Shown: piece by piece, positions 52,633-64,000 of the stretch
Numbering within the stretch: position 1 is the stretch's first letter
How the letters are laid out: the number at the start of each line of letters is the position of its first letter
From: Selaginella moellendorffii
Lineage: Eukaryota > Plantae > Lycopodiophyta
Assembly: GCF_000143415.4 (NCBI RefSeq)
Contig: NW_003314287.1
Coordinates: forward strand, 828,203-892,202
DNA: 64,000 nucleotides
Direction of reading: 5' to 3'
Translations under genes and position numbers: made by a program
The notes under the pieces: generated by a model
What the model saw: the letters and a program-made list of their open reading frames with translations, nothing else
What the model was told of the DNA's origin: nothing
The model's database searches: none

Positions 52633-55600
52633 TTGTTGTGCATTTCTGAACAGGCGAGGAATTGCGTTCTTCTTCCAGCCACTGTCAATGTGGATGCAGA
52701 GAAGGGGGAGGAGCTCACCAGTTGGACTTTCGGGATAGAAGGCGAGGATCTGAGGCTGTACAACACAGATGGCGGGAGAAAAGAATGCATGGGGACCCTC
52801 ATCCAAGTGACAGACACTCCATGCAGTTCCATGCAAGAATATGGACTGGCACTTGTGGTAGAGACAGCGTCTGCCTTCAAGATCCACCTTGCACATCCTA
52901 GCGGCTTCCCGGAGGGGGGCAGCGGCTATGAGGAATTCCTAGAGGGAGCTAGGGAGAGGTTGTCCAGGAGGCCCACAATTTCAAAGACGCTGCGGGTCTA
53001 TGAAGATCACATGGAATCCACGGACCTCACCTACGGCGATGTTCAAAAACTATATTCCAACATTGAGCCGTTGAGAGTGACTCCAGTTCGCGAAGCAAAG
53101 GGGAAGGGGGTTGATCTGGAAACTACCTCGAAGCAGAAAAGGGTGGTCAAGCTCAAGCCGACGTCCGACTCTCCTGCTCCAAAAAAGAAGCTACTTAGTG
53201 ATGCCATTGCCTCGGGTTCGAACACTACACCCACCAAAAAGAAGAGCCGCAAAGAGCAGAAAGAGCAAGAAGAGGCAGCAAAAATCGTCGCAGATAATAG
53301 TACTTGTTACTATTCCAACAATGTATATACAATCGACGTGAGCCGTATCGACATCCAAAGCAAATACAACCACAGGCTAGTATCTGATGAGTGGGTGGAG
53401 AAACTGAAGCAGAAGATGCTGGCAAGTCCAGTAACACCCGACATCGCAGACGTGATCCCCTACTACCGAACAATGAAGGGCGAGACGAGGTTTCCAGACT
53501 TGATCAATAGGAAGGTGTTGGATGATCAGAACATCCGGTTCTATGCCGTCTCCGGGCAGCATTCTAGCTTGGCGATGCAAGAGATAGTTGTGGATATTAT
53601 GGTGGGCGAGGAGGTGAAGAAAGTCTTCAAGACAAGAGTTGTCCGCCTGATAAAAGGCAACTCGCCCCTCCGATCTATCATATACATCTCCCACGCGCAG
53701 AATGTCAAGCAAGAAACGTGCTACAAATCGGGTCTGCACGAGACATTGGCACGAACACGGAAGCTCTGGGTTCAACTGAAGAAGCCACAAAAACCAGGAC
53801 AAGGACGTGCACTAGCAACTAGCGCCTGGCAGGTAAGCCTCGTTGCATGTGGCATAGCATGTGGCCTCACGCCATTTCCATTGCAGGAATTCTCGAGTCT
53901 TCTCTCGAAAACACTGGGGGTCAATGACACACTCAGCATCCATAACATTCTACTCGCGACAAAAGTTGTTTTTGACAAATGGGTAGATGTGCTGAGGAGG
54001 TACCATGACGGGGAGTTGCCAAACTCAATGGGTGTGGAGGACGGCCGGAAGCCCAATGATTTGAAGCTCAACGCCTTGCGTTTCTCGCGGTCTCTAGACG
54101 ACGACGACCTTCTGACAGTGGCTAATGCTCTTCTACGTGGTGAGGTTGTCTTCAACAAGACCAAAATGACTCCCGGCCATATTGTGACATACGAGGACTT
54201 GTGCACGACTCTGAGAGCTCGTGCGCTATTGAAGGATTGGATCTTCGAGCAAGTGGCCGTGGAGAGGGTGAGCATCGACACCACGCAAGAGATGATGGAA
54301 GCGCTGGAGTTGTCAAATGAAGACATCGACAAGTACGTGAAGGGGGCCCCCAAGTTCATCGATCTGTTGCGGGATGCCACGAAAAGTAAAGCTGAGAAGT
54401 TGGATCAGTATCCAAATTTCATTAAGATTGATGTCGACCGCCGGCTTCAGAAACAGCTCGACCCCGCAGCAGAGGCCTATCGAGAACCTTACCGGGTATA
54501 CTTGAATTCGGATGAGGATCAAAGGTGGAGGAGCATCGTTTCCCGCGGAGATGAGCAGGTCAAGAACATCTTTTGTGTGATGGACTTCACAAACGAGGAG
54601 ATCACTCATGCAGACGAAGTCAGCTCCATCATTGACTTAATGGTGGGACTTGCGGAGGTGGAATCTTCAGTCCACTATATGATCTACGACTCCGAATCCT
54701 ATCACAAGTTCTGGAAGGCCTTGAACGAGGTGAAGGCTCGGTTGAAAGGCAAGGAGATGCGGGAGATCCATGGGATAATGGCTAAGAAGAAGATACCGAC
54801 GAATGTCCGCATCTTCACACTCGCCCTTGTTATTGGTCCTGCAGCAGAGTGGGACTGGAGTGACTTCCCAGCTTCGTTCGACAAGGCCAATCGAATTGAT
54901 CTGAGGGAGGTCAATTTACCCATGCCTGAGGAACTGAAGACGGCTATGGAGCTTTCGAATCCAAAGAAAGCTCCAGGTGCAGCATGGGAAATGCTCAGTT
55001 GGGTCTTCAACGCAATAGCGGGTGGGTCACCTGCTTCCGACTCCAAGGGCAAATGCGTTGTCGAGTACAACTGCGGCGGACTATTCTTTCGAGCCGCATT
55101 ACTCAAGGGTGTCCTGTGTGTTGCGGTGACAAACTCCATTGAAGAGATGACTTCAATGGAGCATATAATTACAGTTGCCAAAGAAAAACAGTATCTTCTC
55201 TGCGAACCTGGTGAGTACACACTTTAAGTTTAAATGTTATCTCACAAGCTCTGTATGCAGGAGCGTGGCCACCCCCAGATGTTGAAACGGCGTTAACAGC
55301 TACTGTTGAAGATACCCATGTTGGGCCGAGCTCACAACCTGCACAAGGTAAGGTCACGTGAGGCCTCACGCCATTTTGATTATAGATCGTTGTGAATATT
55401 CAGACACGAGGACTGAAAAGCGCACTGGTGGCGCATCGAAGAAGGACAAACAGAAAAGCAATAGGAAAAAAGGAGGTACAAATTATATTTGCAATGGCGT
55501 GTGGTCTCATGCCATTCCTTGCAGGAGAAACTTCTTCAAAGGCAAAACAGGCAAGCACCAGCCAAGCTCAAACTGACAGTGGTCATAAAAAGCGAAAGCA

Positions 55601-58019
55601 CGTTGGACAGTCGTCGAGATCAGAGGCGTTTGATTCGAAAAGGAAGAAGGGCAACGAAAAGATGATAGGTAATGCCTCGCGGTTATGGCGTGTGTGCTCA
55701 TGCCATTCATTGCAGATCAAGGGCTGAGTGAAAGCAGGCAGTCACCACCTCATGACTCAGATTCCTATGGCAGACTCCCCTTCCCCAATCTCAATGGAGA
55801 GGTACAATGGATGAGGGAAGCTTTTCAAGGCAGGGCCACGTTTTTCTCATCTCGTCGTCTTCGAAGGGTGCAAGAACGTGCAGAAACCATGTTAAGACAG
55901 TCGGGTGAGGATACGGTCCTAGGTCACGCACTAAAACAGGCTATGGATGTCTTGTATTTTGAGATGGAGACTCGGCCAGATGATTTTCCCAAGATGGTCC
56001 TGGAAGAACAAGCCATCCAGCCTGAGCAGCCTATGGAAGAAATGCAGGAGGGGGATGAGGAGCCAGAGAAAGATAATGAGCAAGAAGAGCAGAAGGATGA
56101 AGAGGAGGACAAAGAAGAGGAGGACGAAGAGGACTTGGATGGTCCTCACAATGGTGACGATCACAATAACGACGACGACGATGATGACGACGATGGCCAG
56201 CCTGAGGTGGCCAAAGAGCGGCGGAGGAAGGTCATACAAGACAAACCATCAGGTAAATAATAATACATCCATTCCTAACCTTTTACCATTTCTAACATTG
56301 TCCATGTGGGTCGCAGAGCAAATGGTAAGTAGAGATTATTCAGTTGAATTTACAAACTCTAGCCTTTAGTGTCGAGGAAGGATAGTGCCAAGCAAGGGTC
56401 GAAACGTATGTCCAATCCTTCAGAATCAGCAGTGCGCCCAAGTGATATCGGTCCTAGTTCCTCAATAGCAGTTGATGGTAAATACAGTATAGTCGATTCA
56501 ATATGCTAATGAGTTTGTTTTTAGTAGCACGGGAGGATACCATCTCAATCGAAGGGAGATATTTGGACATGCATATGGATCCGCCAGTGGACTCTACTTG
56601 GCTGCAAGAGTCATCAGAGCTGGTGGAGGCTACTATCCATATCAACGCCAAGCAAGCTGACCACGCTCCACTTGATGCTGCCCATACCACTGAGTCAATC
56701 TTGTCCACGTATCCAACTGACGGTGACCAGGCGCCATTGGACCCACATGAGGCCGCCCCAGCCGCCGAGCCGGTCGTATCCTCATTTCCAACGGACTCAA
56801 CGTGTGCCCAATCGTCTGACTACGCGCCGTTGGAACCTCCCTACACCGCCCCTGCTGCCTGTTCGGTCATGTCCACTTTGCCAACGGAGGCACCAGCTGA
56901 AATGGCGTGTGATCACACGCCATCGGAACCACCCCATGCCACTGTTGAGCCAGTTGTACCAGAGTCTACAGCTGAAATGGCATGTGCCCACACGCCATCG
57001 GATGCGATTGACCCCACATTGCAGAGGAGAGTATTTCCGCCCTTCACGTTTCCTCGACCAAAACCCTCTCAACGACCATCGGGAGCAACATTCGCTAATA
57101 TTGTAGATGGTAAAATTGACTTGTACCATTTTTTATGCTAACGCATTTCATTTCAGAGTCACGGCGAAGGTACTATATCGTTTTTGATCTGAACGGTGTC
57201 CTTTTCTCCCATGAGCGTGGCTCGTCCTCGAATGTCATTGCACCCTCCAAAGCCTGCGGTCGCAAGTTGGTCAAAAGAGACAGATTCACATTAATCACAC
57301 GGGAGAAACTGCGGGATCTAATAATGACCATGCGACACTTAAAACAGAGGGCCGGGTTCAATTTACAATTGGGAGTTTGGACATCCATGATGCGCCACAA
57401 TGCATTAACGTTGCTACAGATGATGCACGATCAGACGCGAGTAATATTACCATTTGACTTTCTCCTAACGCAGGAGGATTGCTTGACTATGGTCCATGTG
57501 AGGGGTAGCAAGCCCATCTTCGTCAAGCCAGAGGCTGTAGTGATGAACCGGACTGCTAGCTCAAGTGAAATCCTCATCATTGATGACTCGCCGATTAAAA
57601 CTGCAGCGAACACGCACACATATGCAGTGCACCCCATCTCTTGCAGTATGGAAACTAGGGAGAAGAAACCGTATGTTCTGGGGGACCTTGCAAAACGGCT
57701 TGGAGCGATGGTGATAGAGAACCGGCCAGTCCAGGAGGTGGCTGCAGAAATCAACCAAATGGCAGATGGAACGGTATATCAGAAGCCATTTGATCGGACA
57801 GACACCAGTCATCATTTATGGCATGTATATTGTCTAGCCAAGCACTATCCGCATCTCCATAATCTGCTCAACCGGATGGGTTCTTCGACCACTGAACATG
57901 AGCGTGGACGTATTAGAGAAGAGATGGCATTACTATTGGGTTTAAATCCTGATAGTGTGGAGAGTGATGAAATTCCAAGATTATTGTATAGGCGTTGGAG
58001 GCAAAAAATAACAGTCTGA
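52633..58019 (+). CDS. Transposon cargo gene, multi-exon: ParB/Srx-like domain, degenerate amino-MTase-like domain, acidic/low-complexity linker, C-terminal FCP1/NIF HAD-like domain (could be two genes)
   Basis: IDVSRI....YNHRLVS..WV..L...ML...FYAVSGQH (ParB-like); FCVMDFT and KCVVEYNCGG..FRAALLKG..CVAV (MTase-like remnants); YIVFDLNGVL, GVWTS, ILIIDDSPIK (FCP1/NIF). Candidate small GT-AG introns at 53833-53886, 55211-55260, 55476-55524, 55669-55715. Confidence 0.65.
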
Positions 58020-59231
58020 GATGGCATGTATTTATTTAAAAATGTAACTTATTATGGCATGGGGTTCCATGCAATTGTATTAATATTAAAAGACAATTCT
58101 TTGAGAGGATTTGCATTATACTAGAAGTGTTACAGCATGTTATTGGAAGTCTACGAAGTTGTTTTATTAATAATGGGAAAGTAAAGATTGAATGGGGACT
58201 TGGGCTCCACCTAGACTCGGAGCAACTGAGCCAATATTAAAAGGATGGAAAGAAATTGGACGACGATGACAAGGAGAAGAGAGAGGTGAAGCAGTGGCAG
58301 GGGGAGGAGAAGTGATTGAGTAGACATTTCCTTGTTTAAAATAAAATGGCATGTGCCTCAATGCAGTTGAATTTTGTTATATTTATATACTATATAAAGG
58401 TTTGGAAACCTTATTTTACAAGTGGGATAATGACAATTCCCACTTTAACGAAATAGAGCTTGTGTCCAATATGCTACTTTTTCTTGGACAAGACAAATGG
58501 CTCTATGGGTTTACAAACTTTTCTTGAGCACTGTAAGAATTGCCCAACGGTAGGTCTGGAAAATGTGCACGTGTGGATGTACAATAGATTCAAGAATGAA
58601 TTATAAACACATACCCACTATCGCTTCATGGTGAGGAACAACATCCCCTTGGGAAACACTGCATTGGCTAGTGCAAAATATGGGGTTTTTAGGCCACCCT
58701 ATAATGGAATGTAAGATCTAGAATTACTTTACTATACTATAGTATTGTCACTATTAAAAGAAAATAGGTAGGTAACATACCTTGTTCTAGAAGGTGCTAT
58801 CATATCACATACAATTGTTTACAAAATGTTGAAGGAGGAGATGGCAACACATAAGCGCTACAAAGTGATGGTGACAAGTGAGAATAATAATCTATAATTA
58901 TGGTATCTGACACTGACACTGACATCTGACAATTTTACTGACATCTGACAATTTTATTGACATCTAACACTTTCACTGACATCTAGTATATAATAAGCTT
59001 TCCATTTTATGTAAGGATGCAATTAACTTTCTTTTGCCTCATCATCAACATAATGATTTCTTTTATACTTCCTCCTATATTGGTATTGTGGGGAAGATTC
59101 ACCTTGCATATGTTGAGCCATGGCTTCTGCATAGTCAGAGAGACTTCCAAAGCCTCCAATTCTAGAAAATCCAGGTGACTGTGATCTATAAAATAGAATG
59201 AAATATATATTGAAATTTTAATAAACATAAT

Positions 59232-62200
59232 TTACCTCCTTGAGGTTGAAGGCAACTCACGAAATCCTCTAAGCCGGCGTTTGAAGAAATGATGTTCTTC
59301 AATAGCAAACACCGACCTACCAGAGTCACGTGCTGCCTCCACCATAGAACCGCTACCTGTTGTGCAATCAATCACAACACCATCTGGTGAGCAATAGAGC
59401 TCAAGCAAGACTTGCATTGCCGATGGAGTTCGGAATCGGTACCCTGGAAATGTGTTGCGGATCTGCTCATCCACAAGGTTGGGTATGATGTTAGTGGAAC
59501 TGTCATACCCAGGCAAAACACGTGCTGCACGTTCGCTATCACGAAACCCATCATGTGTGTTTCTGCAAAAGGCATGATAGGTCCACATCATAACCTGGAA
59601 AATAAAAATGTTTAGAAATTAGATAAAAATATAGAATACATACTCACCTTTTCAGGCTTCCCTTGGACGCCCCTCGTATCAACACCAATAGGATCCATGA
59701 TGCACCCAGAAGAGAATGACTTGAAATGAACTTCTGCTGCACACGTCATAAGCTTATACATCTAGTTGGGGTCGTTCGGTAGGATGAAGACGACATGGCT
59801 AGCTTCGAGCATAAGTGCTTCGGACAATAGGAATGCATCGCGCAAGTGGTCAAGTGTGAAAAAGTTCCAATCCTCAACTTTCCCATCGATATCTAAAAGA
59901 CCATTTGGAAAGTCGAAAAGAATGAAGTCCGCAACTGGCAGCACGGGCCTTTGTATCTTTCGGCACCAACGGTTGAACTGGCGGCATATATCCATGTTGA
60001 TGTTGTCTTCTGTGAAAGATGTCAATAATCTATTGTAAGAGACAATGAAGATACCCACAATGCCTCGTTGTGTTATTAGGGACACAAGACGGACCTATAA
60101 AAGAGCTAAGTGAATGAAAAAAGTAATAAATAGTATGATACCGTCATATGGCGTGTTATTGATGAGAGTTCCTCCAACTCCTCTTCACGAGCATCTCGTC
60201 GAGCTGGAATGAAATTACTACCAACAGTCATTGCTGCAAAAAACATGTATTACCACCTTTAGTTTGTAAAATTCACTTTTTTTTACCTTGAGGTCGACGT
60301 GATATTCTGTGAACCACTTGATCATCGTTATTTACTGGTAGAACCTGATCCAGATCTTGGTTGTTTGATGGTTGAATTGGAGTCTGTTCCTGATTGTCTG
60401 GTGGTGGAACATGAACTTGATCTGGAGCTTCCTCATCCTCATCTCCATTGTCATTTGCATTGCCATCGTTGCTAGCATTGATAATTTCTTCGCAATCTAG
60501 TGTAGAGGTTTCCTTCCCTAGGAGCTCCAACTCCCAAGGGCATTCTATCTTCCGTGCCTTCAGAACTCTCACAAACATTGTTGGGTACATTCCTCCATCC
60601 CTTACACCCTTTGTAACAAGTGGAGTGTAAACTGGTGCCTCAAATGGCATGCCTCTATATCGAAGATACCTGTAAACAATATATATTAAAAAACAGTCTT
60701 AGAAATCATATTATACTTATAAGCTGCACGTCGCATGAAATAAGGTTGACCATGTTGGCAATCATAAGTTGTTGTGCTTGTAGATTTCTCTGGCAGCCAC
60801 CCCTCTTCGATCCCTTCCAATGACGTGTTGATGTAAGTGTCAAAAGACATGAATGTGCCATTTGGATCGTCACCAATGTGTGGTGTCAAGAACTTCTCAC
60901 CTTCACTTATAGTTTGCGTGATGTAGACAGCCCTTCTCATCATGTTCTCGAATAGTTCTGGCAGTCCTTTCTCTCTGTTCATCAAGTAGACATTGAGGAA
61001 CTCTAGAGTCTCTATCTGTTGCTTATATGGAAACTTCGATTTTGCGATATTGTAAATCATGTCATCTGGAGTTTTGTTCACTGTAAAAGTAACATATGCA
61101 TAATTAAGAAAAATGAAGTGTGATAAATAACTTACATTCATGAGAAGAAATTTTGGCTATAGTCTCTAGCCACTCCTTCGGCCTGTGACTGTCTGCAATG
61201 CATACTAGTTTCTTCAACTTTGAGGACTTTGCATGCTGAATTTTATGCTCAATTTGTACAAACTCAACTGAGAGCTCTTCCCGACTCTTCTCCGGATATG
61301 CAAGTTTGTAAGCATCTTGCTTGACCTTCACCAAAGGCTAAAAACCAAAACAATTAAAAGAGGCTTTTATAAAATAAAAAGGAAAGACATACCTTACACC
61401 ACACAGCAAGCATAAAACTGATTGGGTTATTGAACCAAGTTGTACCGTCATTTCGAGTGTGTGAGTGCCCAACAAATGTTGCGAGATCATCACCATAATG
61501 TTGGCGGATGTCATCCTCACTCAAGTCTGCCAAAAATCGAAGTTGCTCGATATCATGGACAAGATTTTGTTTTTGAACAGAAAACTGCCCAAGCCTACAT
61601 TTAAACACAACAAAATAGGTTAAAGTGGAGTTAAAGGTAAAATTATAAAACTTACGCATTGATCTTTTGGCAGGCCAATATAAGTCTGTTGACATCTAAA
61701 GGTCCCCTCGCGTAGACATGGCCGACTGGAACGTTGATATGGTAGACAAGATCATCGCAAAAATGATCGTCGATACACTTCATCCAAGCTCCATATCGGT
61801 AGTTACTGTCAATAATTTGGAACATTGTCCCCGCAAGCTGTTGAGTCTTAGGATGTCTGATAAGCATGTCATCAAATTCTAGGGACTTCCTCCTTCAAAT
61901 AGGATCCCAACTATTCACAATCTCAGGTGTGACAGTAATGATCTCCATTGTTCCTAGCTTGCAAAAAGAGACTAGAAACATACCAATATTTGTTGCAAGG
62001 CCATTCTGTTTGAACAAGCTGTATATATCCGGGTTGATATACTTGGATGCTGTGCGGACAAGGTTCGTCTGCTGCAAACGGCAAAGGGGGATTTCTCTGA
62101 TCAAGTCACAAGGGCCTGGCCACTTGAGCGCCTCAAGTGTTTGGTGAACTGCTTTTTCCCTTGTTTGCATAATAGTCTCTTGGAAGCGCTTGTCCACCAC

Positions 62201-62581
62201 GTTGTTAGGAAGGTCTGCAACTCTTTCAGCTCCAGGCTGTTTCTCAGGTTCCCTATCGTGAACACCACTAGATTGCCCAACTTCAGGGATTTGCGTTGGT
62301 GGTGGTGGCAGTGGTGGCAGGGGCAGAGGCAATAGTGGTAGTGGTGGTGGCAATGGTGGTGGTGGCAGTGGCGATGGAGGTCGTGGAGGTGGTGATGGCG
62401 ATAGTGGAGGTGGTGATGGTGGAGGTGATGGTGGTGGAGGTGGTGAATCTCTAACTAAATGTGTCTCTGTTGTGCCAATGGACATGTCGATTGTGATGTC
62501 ATCGTCAGTGCCAAATTGAACTTCTCGTGTCTTCTTGGCTCCAACAACCTTTTTATGTGTTACAATTTTTCTTTTTTGCAA
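59232..62581 (-). pseudogene. ParB/Srx-like plus beta-class N4C/N6A DNA methyltransferase-like fusion gene, multi-exon, with two apparent nonsense codons (61895 and 59762)
   Basis: IPLCRL....VR...FQIIDSNYRY.AW (ParB DGNHR-like); DFILFDFPNG (motif IV position); LLELYCSPDGVVIDCTTGSGSMVEAARDSGRSVFAIE (motifs X-I-II). The reading frame continues across both stops. Confidence 0.7.
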
Positions 62582-62667
62582 GAGAAAAAGTTTTATTAGT
62601 CAAACTAAATAAAGATAATGAGAAATTTAAACAGTCAAAGAGAAAAAAAAAATCAAGTGGGCCTAGA

Positions 62668-62980
62668 CTCCACCTCGGGCACTTTGGTTGCCCAGGGGGG
62701 CGTGGCGATGCGAATAACCTCGGGCCCCTGAGCAGCCAAAGTGCCCGAGGTGGCCGGCCCGAGCTCGAGCTTGAGTAGTTTTTCTCGCCGAGGAGCCGAG
62801 GTTATTCAACTAACCTCGGCCCCTCGGCAAGCAAAACTGCCCAAAAACTACCCGAGATGGCCGGCCCGAGCTCGACCTCGGGCAGTTTTGCTCGCCAAGG
62901 GGCCACGGTTATTTCAATAACCTCGGCCCCTCGGCAAGCAAAACTGCCCGAGGTGGCTAGCCCAAGCTTAACCTTGGCCA
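62668..62980. repeat. GC-rich alternating inverted/direct repeat array
   Basis: AACCTCGGCCCCTCGGCAAGCAAAACTGCCC occurs twice, with its near reverse complement (GGGCAGTTTTGCTCGCCAAGGGGCC) in between. Confidence 0.8.
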
Positions 62981-63120
62981 GCAAAGAAGAAATCAAGAAA
63001 AAAAAAGGGAAGCAATGGAATGGAAGCAATGGACTCAAAAAATGGAAGTGGAAGCAATCAAATCGAAACTCACCCTTGATGGCATCTTTCCTCTCGATTT
63101 CTTGATCGTGCTAGATTTCT

Positions 63121-63380
63121 TGTGTGCTCAATCTCTCCTGCTTGTGCACTCAATCTCTCCGGCTCGCACACTCAATCTCTCCCGCTCGCATGCTCAATCT
63201 CTCCCGCTCGCGCGCTCAATCTCTCCCACTCGCGCGCTCAAACTCTCCCGCTCGCGCGCTCAATCTCTCCCGCTCATGCGCTCAATCTCTCGATCTCTTG
63301 CATGCTCAATCCCTCGATCTCCTTCGCACTCAATCCCTCGATCTCCTTCGCACTCAATCTCTCGATCTCTCGCGCGCTCC
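63121..63380. repeat. Minisatellite, ~22-bp unit CTCAATCTCTCCCGCTCGCGCG
   Basis: Direct inspection; about 11 units including variants. Confidence 0.85.
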
Positions 63381-64000
63381 ACTCACAATGCGAACAGTAA
63401 CCTAATCTTGGCAGCTACCCTAACCCTAATCCTGATGGCTGCCCTAACCCTAACCAATCTCTAATCCTGGCAGTTCATTCCGAATAACCTAAATCTCAAC
63501 CATCACAATATCTTTGATCTTATTTTATCTTATCATTATTATTATATGTAAATTATGCTTCTTTATTTTGTATATTTTAATGATGGTATAACTAGCACCT
63601 ATCAACATTTCTGTTATTAGAGATATGATATTTTATTTTACAAATTATCTAGAAAGGATGCATTCTCATAAATATTTTGTACATATTTTGGAATCGTTAC
63701 AAGAACTTTAAAGAGTATAAATAAGGCATGTTAAAATATGTTGTACTATATCCATCTATGAATGGATGAATCCTCATCCAGAAATTTATTTTGTGTTGTA
63801 TAAGATCCTAAACAATAGGCACGTGCTTTAAATGTCATTGAGCAGTGTTCACAATTATGGATAAAACTTGAGTTGTACTATGAATCAAATTTGTCATTGA
63901 AGAATAAGATTTGACAAGATTTATTATCATCTACCACTTAAAATTTGACAACTTGACATATCACATGTGCTGATAGTTAGATTGGATCTCTTGGTTTGAC

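Larger units (their letters stand above)
46155..58461. mobile_element. 12,307-bp cut-and-paste DNA transposon, Sola-like, with cargo gene
   Basis: 24-bp perfect TIR AAGCTCTATTTCGTTAAAGTGGGA (46155-46178 and 58438-58461), 4-bp TSD GTGT, internal DDD transposase. Confidence 0.92.
45858..58720 (+). pseudogene. Small Cys/His zinc-finger-like ORF split by the 46155-58461 insertion (parts 45858-46154 and 58466 to about 58720)
   Basis: Removing the element and one TSD copy restores ...KRYYIRC|PICYFFLDK...FLEHCKNCPT in frame. An in-frame TAA follows shortly after. Confidence 0.6.

Noticed and set aside
59232-62581. Bacterial contamination as the source of the MTase
   Set aside because: The gene is broken by AT-rich GT-AG introns and is contiguous with plant TE sequence.

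Overview
Eukaryotic plant genomic DNA. The very compact genes with ~45-100 bp introns next to a nested-LTR block suggest a lycophyte such as Selaginella; this is an inference. 1-11.4 kb is gene-dense: trans-prenyl diphosphate synthase, nucleotide-sugar transporter, B12D-like, PX-domain EREX-like, MED22, COX5C-like and a PKS-like gene. 12.3-44.7 kb is a nest of decayed LTR retrotransposons, a full-length Ty3/Gypsy chromovirus, Cassandra TRIMs and a MITE. From 44.7 kb onward lies the most interesting part: a 12,307-bp TIR DNA transposon (46155-58461; 24-bp TIRs, 4-bp TSD, intact Sola-like DDD transposase). It carries a divergently transcribed cargo gene with a ParB/Srx-like domain, a degenerate methyltransferase-like domain and an FCP1/HAD-like domain. 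It also holds about 18 copies of a 22-bp palindrome (ATGGCRTGWGGCCWCAYGCCAT), many inside the cargo gene's tiny introns; a 288-bp MITE of the same family keeps two copies. The transposon has inserted into a zinc-finger ORF of a probable second, older element that encodes a ParB-like plus beta-class N4/N6 DNA-methyltransferase-like fusion. All domain calls are by eye from motifs; no searches were run.
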